Part shown: positions 11,860-24,000 of the stretch, piece after piece | How the letters are laid out: each line of letters begins with the position of its first letter | Position numbering within the stretch: the stretch's first letter is position 1 | Assembly: GCF_963921235.1 (NCBI RefSeq) | Contig: NC_086108.1 | Coordinates: forward strand, 42,596,001 to 42,660,000 | Source: Mobula hypostoma | Taxonomy: Eukaryota | Length of the DNA stretch: 64,000 nt | Reading direction: 5' to 3' | Notes under the pieces: generated by a model | What the model was told of the DNA's origin: nothing | The model's database searches: none | What the model saw: only the letters and a program-made list of their open reading frames with translations | Program-made: the position numbers and the translations under genes

Positions 11860-12540
11860 CAGATGAAACCTGGTGGGGGAGGGGGGAGATGAAGATAGTG
11901 GCAGAGGCTGAGATGTGATTGGTGGAGACAACGAAAGGGCTGCAGATTATAGAATGTAATAAGAAAGGAAGGTGGTGAATGAAACCAAATAAGAGAGGGA
12001 TGGTAGTCAAATGTGAATAGTGGAGAAGAGGTGACAGGGAGAGAAATGGCAGAGTGTGTGGGTGATTGGTGGAGCCGGTGAGGGAGACGGAACCAAGGGT
12101 TGGGTGGAGTGGGGGTGGTTTGAAGAAGGGGTATGTAAAAGGACTTGGAGACAGAAAGGAGCACAACATAGTTAGTTAAGATCGGACATTTCAATATTCA
12201 TGCCATTGAGTTGCAGACCACACAGGCAGACTATAACTTGCTGTTCCTCTACTTTGCTTTGAGCTTCATCCTTGTAATGGAGGATGTAGAGAACATACAG
12301 TCTGGTGCGATAACGTGGAGGTGAATTGATCCAGCTTTCAAATGTTCAGCATGGCCACTGCAGATAGAGTACAGCGCTCGTGATGCAGCATAACAGTCTG
12401 CACTTTGTTTCACCGATTACAGCCGGCCACATCAAGTGCACCAGATACAATTAGCAATGATGGAGTAGGTGCTCATGAATCCCTGCAAGGATTGTGGTGA
12501 TGGAGGAGGTGTAGAAACATGTTCTGCACCTCCTACAGTT
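11860..12540 (-). mobile_element. Degraded PLE fragment (GIY-YIG region + 3' UTR)
   Basis: Purine-rich tract and decayed homology to 41820-42467. Confidence 0.5.
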
Positions 12541-13575
12541 TATCTTGAACTTTGTTCTGTAAGCAGTCTGTAGTGTGATATCTATGCACACCTGTGGTCA
12601 TGGGTCTCGCTTTTGAAAAAAGGATAAATATATTTGCATGTTACTGAGAATTGGCAAAGATGGAACTTCAAATGCTCCTACAACGTGACAATAAGAACAA
12701 CGAGTTGTCTTTAAATATTTCTGTGGCTGGAGAATATTTAAAACCTTGTCCAAATGCAGGGTTGAACAAAATGGCCCCTTTCTTACCATTTATTTACCAT
12801 ATAATAACTTGGACTGTAAGATTGACTTTAATAAAAATCTCCCAAACTAGACAACACTTTCTGAGAAATACAAATGTTTGTAAAAGATTGACAAGTACCA
12901 CCTATGCTTTTAACTCATATCACTTCTCAAATTAAATCAGGAACAGTGCCTTTGATAACTTCACTTTAAGCTTTCTGTCTGTAAAAACGATTCATCCACT
13001 TCTCAGCATCTTCCAACATTGCTAGAATACAGAACTCAGTATACAGGGATTAAGTCACAATCTTATGTAACACTACATCCTAGCACAATACTAAACCCAT
13101 CAATACTTTTTGTTGTTCAATTCAAATATTTCTAGTTCACCAAAATATGCCCTCTTGATACACCTCAATAAATATTTAAAGATTTGCTTGTGTTCTATTC
13201 AATTTTTTGGGTTCAGTTTTTCAGAAGGTATTTGTACCATTACAAAACACAGTTGCCTCTTTGCAGCATTTAATTTATTAGCTTGTCAGAAGACATACAG
13301 TGCTTGGTAGTTGGCATTCTGTACAACAAAATGCTGAAAATATTCCAGTTACATACATTTCATAGCTAAACAAAAAATGGCAGTTGAAATATGCCTCTGC
13401 AAATCGTCTCAATACACAGCCAGTATCTTTTCCGCCCTCTTATTTTGGGTCTACACACAAGTGACATTAGTACAGCTCAGAGAAGGAAAACTGCACACAT
13501 TGGTTGACATCTTCCCGGATTAGCACCTGATGGGTAAGATTTGCATTGCACCATACACGAACATAATGGCACACC

Positions 13576-13750
13576 TTTATTGATTACAGTGAAGTATTTC
13601 AGAATGCAACTGCACTTTAAGTGGCAAATTTGTTAAACATTTTTGAAAAGAATTATATTAATCTAAAGTACATTCCTAGTTTTGATAAGGCTTAAATGCT
13701 TTTGCAAAAACATTTACAATGCAATATTAGATAGAATATAAGATTTTATT
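13576..13750 (-). terminator. Candidate STXBP3 polyadenylation signals (AATAAA at 13750-13745 and 13581-13576)
   Basis: tttatt hexamers about 440 and 610 nt downstream of the stop in AT-rich, repeat-free sequence; actual site cannot be determined. Confidence 0.35.
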
Positions 13751-14190
13751 TAATAACAGTAAGTTGAAAATGTTACAATCCTATGTTAGACATATACAGT
13801 ATATTATGGGCAATATATTCAAAACATAGCTACAAAATGTACAAAGCCTATAAGCAACATTACTCTGAAAAAATCCTATATAGTCAACATTTTAAAAATA
13901 CAAACGCGTTACTAGTGATCACCAATTACGGGTCAGAGTATGGTATCCTCATTGATTTACAGGCAATAAGTCAAAGCAGAAATACTTTACCAATATTGAC
14001 TCTCCCAGAAGATTCATTACAGTATTAATAGTGTAACTAAATTAGAGTCCTTGAACTGGTCAATACATGCTGTGTACTTTGTTTATCAAAATACTTTAGA
14101 CAAAGTTTCATTACGTGGATGTTAAGCTCTTGTTATTCACGTTAAGTGCAGTTGATACAAGTGGCCAACTTTAACTCATATGTGGCACTT

Positions 14191-14252
14191 TTACTTGTTC
14201 AGTTTCTTGAGATCATCAAGTAATCTTGTGGGTGTAAGAATATGAGTTGACC
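14191..14252 (-). CDS. STXBP3: STXBP3 last coding exon: [20 protein letters not shown]
   Basis: ctctag|GGTCA...AAG TAA; stop at 14193-14191. Confidence 0.93.
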
Positions 14253-17200
14253 CTAGAGTATGAACAAGAAAGATAATTTCAGTAACATTTAACTGCATCT
14301 GTTATATCTAAGTCCACTGATTTTAAAATAGTACCATACTTTACTCAAGGTAAGGTTACTCTTTCATATGTATCCAATATGATAAATTAGATCATTATGA
14401 ATCAAACATAAATTACATAATCATTTGATCAACATTTGAATGAACTGAATTGAATTGTGATGAATAAGTACTTACCAATAATGACATCACAAAACTTATT
14501 GGCCTTAGAAACTTCATAAGCACAGCGTATTTCTGAATACGTTATACCTCCTATTACAAATACAATTAGTTTTAAACCACCTTTGCGGTCATCATGGAGA
14601 TTGCTTTTGTTCCCCTGTCGAGCACTAAACAGAAAAGATAAGTTAATATCTAGTGTCTGAGTCTAGACAATTTGCAGAATTTATGTAATTCATACAGAAA
14701 GAGAAAAAAAAGTGTCCTGAACTTTAACAACCTAATGAAAAATAGTTACAAGTACTGTTCACAAAAAAACCCAAAGACCTCGAGGTAATTACATCCAGAT
14801 ATTTCCACTTACAAATGACCTAATCTATTTCTTTTTCTTAAATAAACTCTGACAAGAAATTGAAATTCAAAAATAGGTGCTGCAAAGGGCAATGTAAATA
14901 ACAGATTTCTAATTTTACTAAATTTAGGCGGCACAGTTAACTGCAAAGTCATCACCATCATGAGATAGATTTGGTAAGAAAATAAGATTACTTCTTTATT
15001 ACATCCAGCCCATTAAAGGCTTTCTGTTCAAGATGATCAGAAAACATCAATAGTTTGAGATGTTGCAAGTTTTATGTTATTCTTGAGTCATCGTTTCTTG
15101 TAAATTTTATAGTGCTGTATTACAAGATTTCACCATACAACTAAGAACACCTGTTCAGACATTCTATGGCATATTTCCAATTCTTTCACAATACACAAAA
15201 AAAAAACAAAATACTGCAAAACGTGTATTTCTATTTTAATAGTCTAGAACAGAATATATTCCTATAGGCTCACTTGAAACAATATTAGTTGCATAATATA
15301 GGCAGGCACTGAGTAGAGTTAAGACATTTTTGAACACTAAAATATAGCAGCCTAATTATATTGGTAAATTGGATAAAGACATAATCGGTTATTGTATGTG
15401 TTACTTACATTTGTGTTAATTTGATTTATGTCACAAAAAGATTGAGAGCACAGTTGAAGAAAAAGTGTACCTTACAGCCCCTGAGCCATTCCACGCAGCA
15501 CTGCAGCCCGAGCAGTGAGGCCAGTCATGGGAATCAAGCTTGTTGGCAATGGAATCCTGTACAAAATATAATAAACAAATACTGCTATGTACACAACAAT
15601 GTTTAAAGACCTTGTGTATTAAACAGGCGCTAAAACATGCACTTGTCCAGCTGGTGGTGTAGTGGCATCAGCACTGGATTTCGAGGCAATTGGTCCCGGG
15701 TTCAAATCCAGCTGGCTCCTTACATGCTTCCCATCTGTGCTGGGTTGAACGTCAAGCTAGCAACTCGGTCTCATAAAAAACAGACAAAATGCTAAAGGAA
15801 TAACAATGTTGCTGCCCAATGTGCTAAATTTAAATCTGAATTGAAAATATGCATTAAAAGTAACTGGAAAAGTTTGATACAGTAGAAATTAAGATTATAT
15901 TTGAAACAAGTATTATATTTGAGCCACTTTGACAATGGACTAGTGCAGTGATTTAGGCTCATCTCTTCATCTTACTTTTAATGTCAGTTGTTTGGAGGTA
16001 AATTGGCAGGAAGGATGCATAGGTCTATTGGGAATTTCAAAGATAACCTGTTGTAAAACAAGTATGTCCATTTTAAGCCCAGGGACATAACGTTTCCCTC
16101 AGCATTCAACATAGGATTCATTTCTCATTATGATCTTATGGATAATATGCATTGATGGTTCTTTGGCCATGAATGATACTGACCATTACTTATTTATTAA
16201 GTCTCCCGTTGCCATTTATACATTCCCTATTTTTTTTTAATATCCTGTTAAATGTTCTAAAGATTGTGATCATCTTTGAGCTTGTTACTGTTGTGGGGTG
16301 GATGTAATCACCGGAGAGACAGTCACTGGTAGATACAAAGCAGCTTCTTTATTCCACACAACAAGGTACAGCAGGCATCATATGGACGGAGATGCTTTTG
16401 GTGGAAAGGTCTGCTAGCCCAATGTAGGCTCGATATTTATATGCTAAACACAAAGGCAATCGCTACTTACAAAGTTATAGACAATGCATAGACAATGCTT
16501 CCCTTTGATGCTACATACAAAACATCACACCTTCTAACTTCATCCTTTCCTCCCAACGCCAAAGTGTCTGGGTTAGTACTCACAGTCTTTAGGAGTGCAA
16601 GTCAAATCCACACCTCACTCTAACATTACCATAAAAAATTTCTTTCATTGTGCTGGCCAAGGTGCCCCTCTGAACTCCACATTTCAGCAAAGAGCTGCCA
16701 CAACACTGCTAATTTTCTAAAAAAAATACTAAAACCAAAGAACACGAGGGAAGAGAATTACAACCCTTTAGTCAATACTTGTGAAATTATGTCCTTCTAT
16801 ATAAATTTACCCCATCTAAAATCCTCTTCTCACAAAATCTGTATATGGTATATTCAATAACCAGTTTAATCAAAGCAACAATATTAGGTGACTAACTACA
16901 AAAGTATGACTTGCCAATTATTCCCTCCAATGGGCTGTAAGAACAACAGGTAACTCGATCACAGGTCCCTGGCTATGACTGCCTGCATTATGAGAACCTA
17001 GTTCTGGGATGGTATTTTAAGGGTCTGGTATTTAAACAAGATACAAAACTTTACCCTTTCTCATGCAATTACACCTAGTGCATTCCCTCTTTCAGAAATT
17101 GCTTGCATTTACACTATCCTTAACAGAAGTGATTTCTCTAATCCTCTAATTAATGATCTTGCAACTTACATCATGAAAAGCAGCTATTAATTCTCAATTT

Positions 17201-18006
17201 ATCTATCAGCTTCAAGTTCTTCACCAAATCCACAATAGCTGAATTGGCCTTCAGCAATACAACTGGTCATCTTTCTAGTTAAATAATATACCTCCAGAAT
17301 TTGACCTTTGAATGTTTTGGAGAGTCGTGTGTCATGAGCTTTTGCAGTGATTACCAAACAAGTTAGCAGTTGCTTTTTAACCAGGTAATAGTTATTTCTA
17401 TTGTTCATGACTCACTCATTCAGTGCTATTGTTGGAACTTAATCCTTAAATTCATTTCTACCAATCCAGATGTTTTCTAGAGATCCTCATTCACCCCTCA
17501 GTGTTTCTTGGTACTTAGAATGAACACACATTCAACATTTGATAGTTCCTCTGATTTGCTAAGAATAGTGAACCATTCATTGGATCAAGTCATGCCTGAT
17601 TTGGAATACCAATCTCCTGTGCTCTCCCCAAACCCATTCTAATCTTGTATGACTACATGAGTCCGGTCACAATGGGGCTCCCAATTCCACAGTACGGGAG
17701 CCAGGACATAACTGCAATTACACCTCAGCTGACAGGCAGCTGAAGCTGTATATACACCTTGACAGCCATTGATAGAAGTATGCCTTGTTAAAATCCACTA
17801 AACTTAACAACATTTCAAATGTCTCTAATATGGTTTCCTTCAACATCAGAAAGATTATTTTTAAAAAGTTTATTAAATACTAATAAATTAACCACAATTA
17901 AACACAAAAATAAAGTAAGTTTAAAAAGACTGAACTTACCTTATAGTCCTGGTCTAAACAAATGCATCATTAATTTACAGGACATGTCACTCAGAAACTT
18001 GGGCTG

Positions 18007-18042
<36 letters not shown>

Positions 18043-21000
18043 ACTGTATGTTTATAGTTAACTTATCTGTGCTGTGTGTGCCTTGTGCTCTGTGCGAATG
18101 TTGGTGGTGTGTTTGGCACCTTGGCTGTTTCAGTTGATGGCAATCGTGGGTTGAATGCCAATTAAACTTAAACTTGAAATGAACGGAGCTCCCCTGTACA
18201 TTGCTGGAAAATTTCATCAACTCAGGTGATAGATGCTCACAAACCTGGGACTTATTTACCTGCAAGGAACTGAATGCCAGAAAGAGCCAGCTCAATTCAA
18301 TCAGGTCTCCAAGAGAGCATGCTCTTGCGATGTACAACTGCTATTGATCATTGTCTCTTTGATGTGGTAATCAAAATCTCATTGTATTCAATTTCAGTCG
18401 AACACAAAAATTCAAATCCATATTATTTGCAACCCATGCTTAGGTTTTGACCATCTGAACTCCCAAAAATAACTGAATCCACGCACTTCTTCCCTACAGC
18501 AGCCGCAACCTGCCCAACAATTATTAACTACACCTCTTGCAGCCACTTTCACTGTGGTTTCGAAATAAGATAAAGAAAATACAAATAGGATCCCTCTCTG
18601 TAGTCTCCATCTTCATTTAAACCATTTCTGCCTTTGTTTCATTGTCATCAGGGTTAATTATGGCAATCAGCAGTAAAAACGGAACAAGGTGCAATGTCTC
18701 TTGCTCCATTTAAGGGCATCAAGAATCTCGGACAGTTTTAGCTGCTGACACAATTTAAACAACTGAGAAACAAAAAGACAGGTAAAGAAACATAGAAAAT
18801 AGGTGCAGGAGTAGGTCATTCGGCCCTTCGAACCTGCACCACCATTCACTATGCTCATGGCTGATCATCCAACTCAGAACCCTGCACCAGCCTTCCCTCC
18901 ATACCCCCCGATCCCTTTAGCCACAAGGGCCATATCTAACTTCCTCTTAAATATAGCCAATGAACTGGCCTCAACTGTTTCCTGTGGCAGAGAATTCCAC
19001 AGATTCACCACTCTCTGTGTGAAGAAGTTTTTCCTCATCTCTGTCCTAAAAGGCTTCCCCTTTATCCTCAAACTGTGACCCCTCGTTCTGGACTTCCCCA
19101 ACATCGGGAACAATCTTCCTGCATCTAGCCTGTCCAATCCCTTTAGAACTTTATATGTTTCAATCAGATCCCCCCTCAATCTTCTAAATTCCAGAGAGTA
19201 TAAGCCTAGTCAGAGCAGTGCTGCCAGGATAATCAAGGACACGACCCAACCAGCCAACAGGCTTTTCGTCCCTCTTCCCTCTGGGAGAAGGTTCAGGAGC
19301 TTGAAGATTCGTATGGCCAGATTTGGGAACAGCTTCTTTCCAACTGTGATAAGACTGCTGAACGGATCCTGACCCAGATCTGAGCTGTACCCTCCAAATA
19401 TCTGGACCTGTCTCCTGGTTTTTTTTGCACTACCTTACTTCCCATTTTTCTATTTTCTATTTATGATTTATAATTTAAAATTTTAATATTTACTAATTTT
19501 AACTATTTTTAATATCTTTAATATTTAATATTTGTAATCCAGGGAGTGTGAAGTGCAGAATCAAATATCGCTGTGATGATTGTACGTTCTAGTACCAATT
19601 GTTTGGTGACAATAATTTATTATTATTATTATTATTATTATTAGTCGATCCAGTCTTTCATCATATGAAAGTCCTGCCATCCCAGGAATCAATCTGGTGA
19701 ACCTTCTTTGTACTCCCTCTATGGCAAGGATGTCTTTCCTCAGATTAGGGGACCAAAACTGCACACAATACTCCAGGTGTGGTCTCGCCAAGGCCTTGTA
19801 CAACTGCAGTAGTACCTCCCTGCTCCTGTACTCGAATCCTCTCGCTATAAATGCCAGCATACCATTCGCCTTTTTCACCGCCTGCTGTACCTGCATGCCC
19901 ACTTTCAATGACTGGTGTATAAGGACACCCAGGTCTCGTTGCACCTCCCCTAATCGGCCACCATTCAGATAATAATCTGTTTTCCTATTTTTGCCACCAA
20001 AGTGGATAACTTCACATTTATCCACATTAAATTGCATCTGCCATGAGTTTGCCCACTCACCCAACCTATCCAAGTCACCCTGCATCCTCTTAGCATCCTC
20101 CTCACTGCTAACACTGCCGCCCAGCTTCGTGTCATCCGCAAACTTGGAGATGCTGCATTTAATTCCCTCATCCAAGTCATTAATATATATTGTAAACAAC
20201 TGGGGTCCCAGCACTGAGCCTTGCGGTACCCCACTAGTCACTGCCTGCCTTTCTGAAAAGGTCCCGTTTATTCCCATTCTTTGCTTCCTGTCTGCCAACC
20301 AATTGTCTATCCACGTCAATACCATACCCCCAATACCGCGTGCTTTAAGTTTGCACACTAAACTCCTGTGTGGGACCTTGTCAAAAGCCTTTTGAAAATT
20401 CAAATATACTACATGCACTGGTTCTCCCCTATCTACTCTACCAGTTACCTCCTCAAAAAATCCTCAAAGAAAACATATTTATAATGCTTTCAAAATTATT
20501 CTATTAATTGCTAATTATTTTTAATTTGTTCTAATTACAGGGCTTTAAAATAGAGCAAACAAATAGAAAGTGACATCAGCTGCTTCAGTAATTTCAGGTG
20601 CAAACAAGACAATGATACTTTTCAATCTAAATTCTGTCGGTTCTGTGTAAAAAATTGACAAGTTAATTTTGAATACTGTCTTTAAATGGAACAAGAATGT
20701 GCATTCATGCAAGTTCAATTCAAATCAATATATCAACAGATTAAGCAAGAATATACTTTATACTTGAGCTAACATACCTCCATGATATCTTTAATGAAGG
20801 GAGTCCACCTGGAAAGCTGGTAATTCTCCTCGGTACTGCGATCCTTACGCACAGGTTTACATTGCTGGGCGTTAGACTAAAAGTACAAAATCGTCAGCTG
20901 TTCAGCAGGTAAAATAGACCCTCACAGTATTATAGTTACAATTTCAAATCATAAACACAAGAGATTCTGCAGATGCTGGAAATCCAGAGCAACGCACACA

Positions 21001-24000
21001 AAATGCTGAAGGGCCTCAGCAGTTCAGTCAGCACCTATGGAGGGAAATAAACAGTCAGTGTTTCAGGCCAAGACTCTTCATCAGGACCAGAAAGCAAGGG
21101 GGGAGGTAGAGAGAGGAGAAGTAGTACAAGCTGGCAGCTGATAGATGGAGTCACGAAGACAGCAATCCCTACAGAAAGCGGGGTGGGGGGGGGGGTTGGG
21201 GAAGGTGTGCATAGTTGTAGGATCCTGTTGGAGATGACCAAGTTACAGAGAATGATGTGCTGGATACAGAGACCATTTGGGGTGGTAGGAAAGGACAAGT
21301 GTACCCCATCTCTGTTAGGATGGTGGAAGGATGAGGTGAGGGCAGATGTGTGGGAAATGGAGATGCAGGTAGGGCAGCATCAATGGTGGTGGAAGGGAAA
21401 CCTTATTCATTTTTTTAAAAAACGAGGGCATCTCAGATGTTCTAGAATGGAACGTCCTGAGAACAGATGTAGCAGAGACTGAGGAACTGAGGGAGAGGGA
21501 TAGCATTTCTTACCAATGATAGGGTGGGAAGAGGTATAGTGAAGCTAACTGTAAGATTCAGTGAGTTTATAAAAGATATCAGAGATGGAGACAGGGACAT
21601 CAAGAAAGGGGAGAGAAGCAAGACCATAAGACATAGGAGCAGAATTAGGCCATCTGGCCCATCAAGTCTGCTCCACCATTCAGTCATGGCAGATACTTTT
21701 TTTTTCTATCCTCCTCAACCCCAGTTCTCGGCCTTCTCCCTGTAACCTTTGATGCCACATCCAAACAAGAACCTATCAAACTCTGCCTTAAATACACACA
21801 ATGACCTGACTGCAGGTGGCAACAAATTCCACAAATTCACCACCCTTTGGCTAAAGAAATTTCTCTGCATCTGTTTTGAAAGGGCACGCCTCTATCCTAA
21901 GGGCTGTGCCCTCTTGTCCTAGACTCTCCCACCATGACTCTCTTACATCCTTTCCACATCTACTCTGTCTAGGCCTTTCAACATTCAAAAGGTTTCAATG
22001 AGATTCCCCATCATCCTTCTGAATTCCAGTGAGAGCAGACATAGAGCCATCAAACATTCCTTGTATTCCTGGAATACCCTTTCATTCCTGGAATCATCTT
22101 TGTGAACCTCCTCTGGACCCTCTCCAAAGTCAGCACATCTTTTCTATGATGAGGGGCCCAAAACTGTTCACAATACTCAAGGTGAGGCCTCACCAGTGCC
22201 TTCTAGCCTTAGCATCACATCCTTGCTCTTGTCTTCTCAGCCTCTTGAAATGAATGCTAATATTGCATTTGTCTTCCTTCCCACCAACTCAACCTGCAAG
22301 TTAACCTTTAGGGTGTTTTGCACAAGGACTCCCAGGTCCCTTTGCATCTCAGATTTTTGGATTTTCTCCCATTTTAGCAAATAGTCCACACACTGTATTT
22401 CATTTGCCACTTTCTTTCCCATTCTCCTAATCTGTCTAAGTCCTTCTGCATCCTACCTGTTTTCTCAGCACTACCTCCCCCAGCACCAATCTTCGTATCA
22501 TCTGCAAACTCGGCAATAAAGCCATCTATTCAATCATCTAAATCACTTACATACAGCATAAAAAGAAGTGGTCCCAACACCGACCCCTGCGGAACACCAC
22601 AATTTACTGGCAGCCAACCAGAAAAGGAACCTTTTAGTCCCACTCACTGCCTCCTACCAATCAGCCAATGCTCTAACCATGCCAGTAACTTTCCTGTAAT
22701 ACCATGGGCCCTTAACTTGGTAATCAGCCTCATGTGTGGCACCTTGTCAAAGGCCTTCTGAAAGTTCAAATATACAACATCTATACTGCATCCCCTTTAT
22801 CTATCCTACTTGTAATCTCCTCAAAGAATTCCAACAGGTTCGTCAGGCAAGATTTTCCCTTAAGGATACCTTGCTGACTTTGTCATATCTTGTCCTGTGT
22901 CACCAAGTTCTCCATCACCTCATCCTTAGCATTTGAATCTAACATCTTCCCAACCACTGAGGTCAGGCTAACTTGTCTATAATTTCCTTTCTGCTGCTTT
23001 CCTCCTTTCTTAAAGAGTGGGTGACATTTGCACTTTTCCAGTCCTCTGGCACCATGCTGGAGTCCAATGATCTTTGAAAGATCATTTCTAATGCCACCAC
23101 AATCTCTAACGCTACCTCTTTCAGAACCCGAGGGTGCAGTTCATCTGCTCCGGGTGACTTATGTACCTTTAGGTCTTCTGAGCACCTTCTCTCTTGTAAT
23201 TGAAACTGCACCCACTTTTCTTCCTTCACACACTAGGCATACTGTTAGTGTCTTCCACAGTGAAGAATGATGCAAAATACTCATTTAGTTCATCAGCCAC
23301 CTCCTTGTCCCCTATTATTATTTCTCCGGCCTCATTTTCTAGCGGTTCAATGTCCACTCTCATTTCTCTTTTATTTTTAACATACTTGAAAAGACTTTTA
23401 CTATCCACTTTGATATTATTTGCTATTTTACCATTTGAGTATTTCTTCATTTTTGGAATACACATGTCCTGCACCTTCCTCATTTTTCCCAGAAACACGC
23501 GCCATTGGTGCTCTGCTGACATCCCTGCCAGCAGCTCCTTCCAATTTACTTTGGCCAACTTCTCTCTCATACCACTGTAATTTCCCTTACTCCACTGAAA
23601 TATTGCTACATCAGACTTTACTTCCTCCCTATCAAATTTCAAGTTGAACTCAATCATATTGTGATCATTGCCTCCTAAGGGTTCTTTTACCTTAAGCTCC
23701 CTAATCACCACCTATTCTTTACGTAAGACCCAATCCAGTATAGCTGATCCCCTAGCAGGCTCAATGACAAACTGCTCTAAAAAGCCAGTTCTTAGGCATT
23801 CAACAAAATCACTCTTAAGATCCATTACCAACCTGATTTTCCCAATTGACCTGCATGCTAAAATCTCCCATGACTACCATAACATTGCCCTTTTGACTCG
23901 CCTTTTCTATTTTCTTTTGCAATCTGTGGTCCACCTCCCAGCCACTGTTCGGAGGCCTGTATATAACTGCCATCAATGTCCTTTTACCCTTGCAGTTTCT

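Noticed and set aside
15471..15480. Alternative exon 17 donor GCT|gtaagg 5 nt upstream
   Set aside because: It would break frame with exon 18; the downstream AG|gtacac restores the conserved GAVSARQ.
15650..15720. tRNA gene
   Set aside because: Has A/B boxes but no proper cloverleaf, and continues into a body shared with 11630-11770; it is a SINE head.
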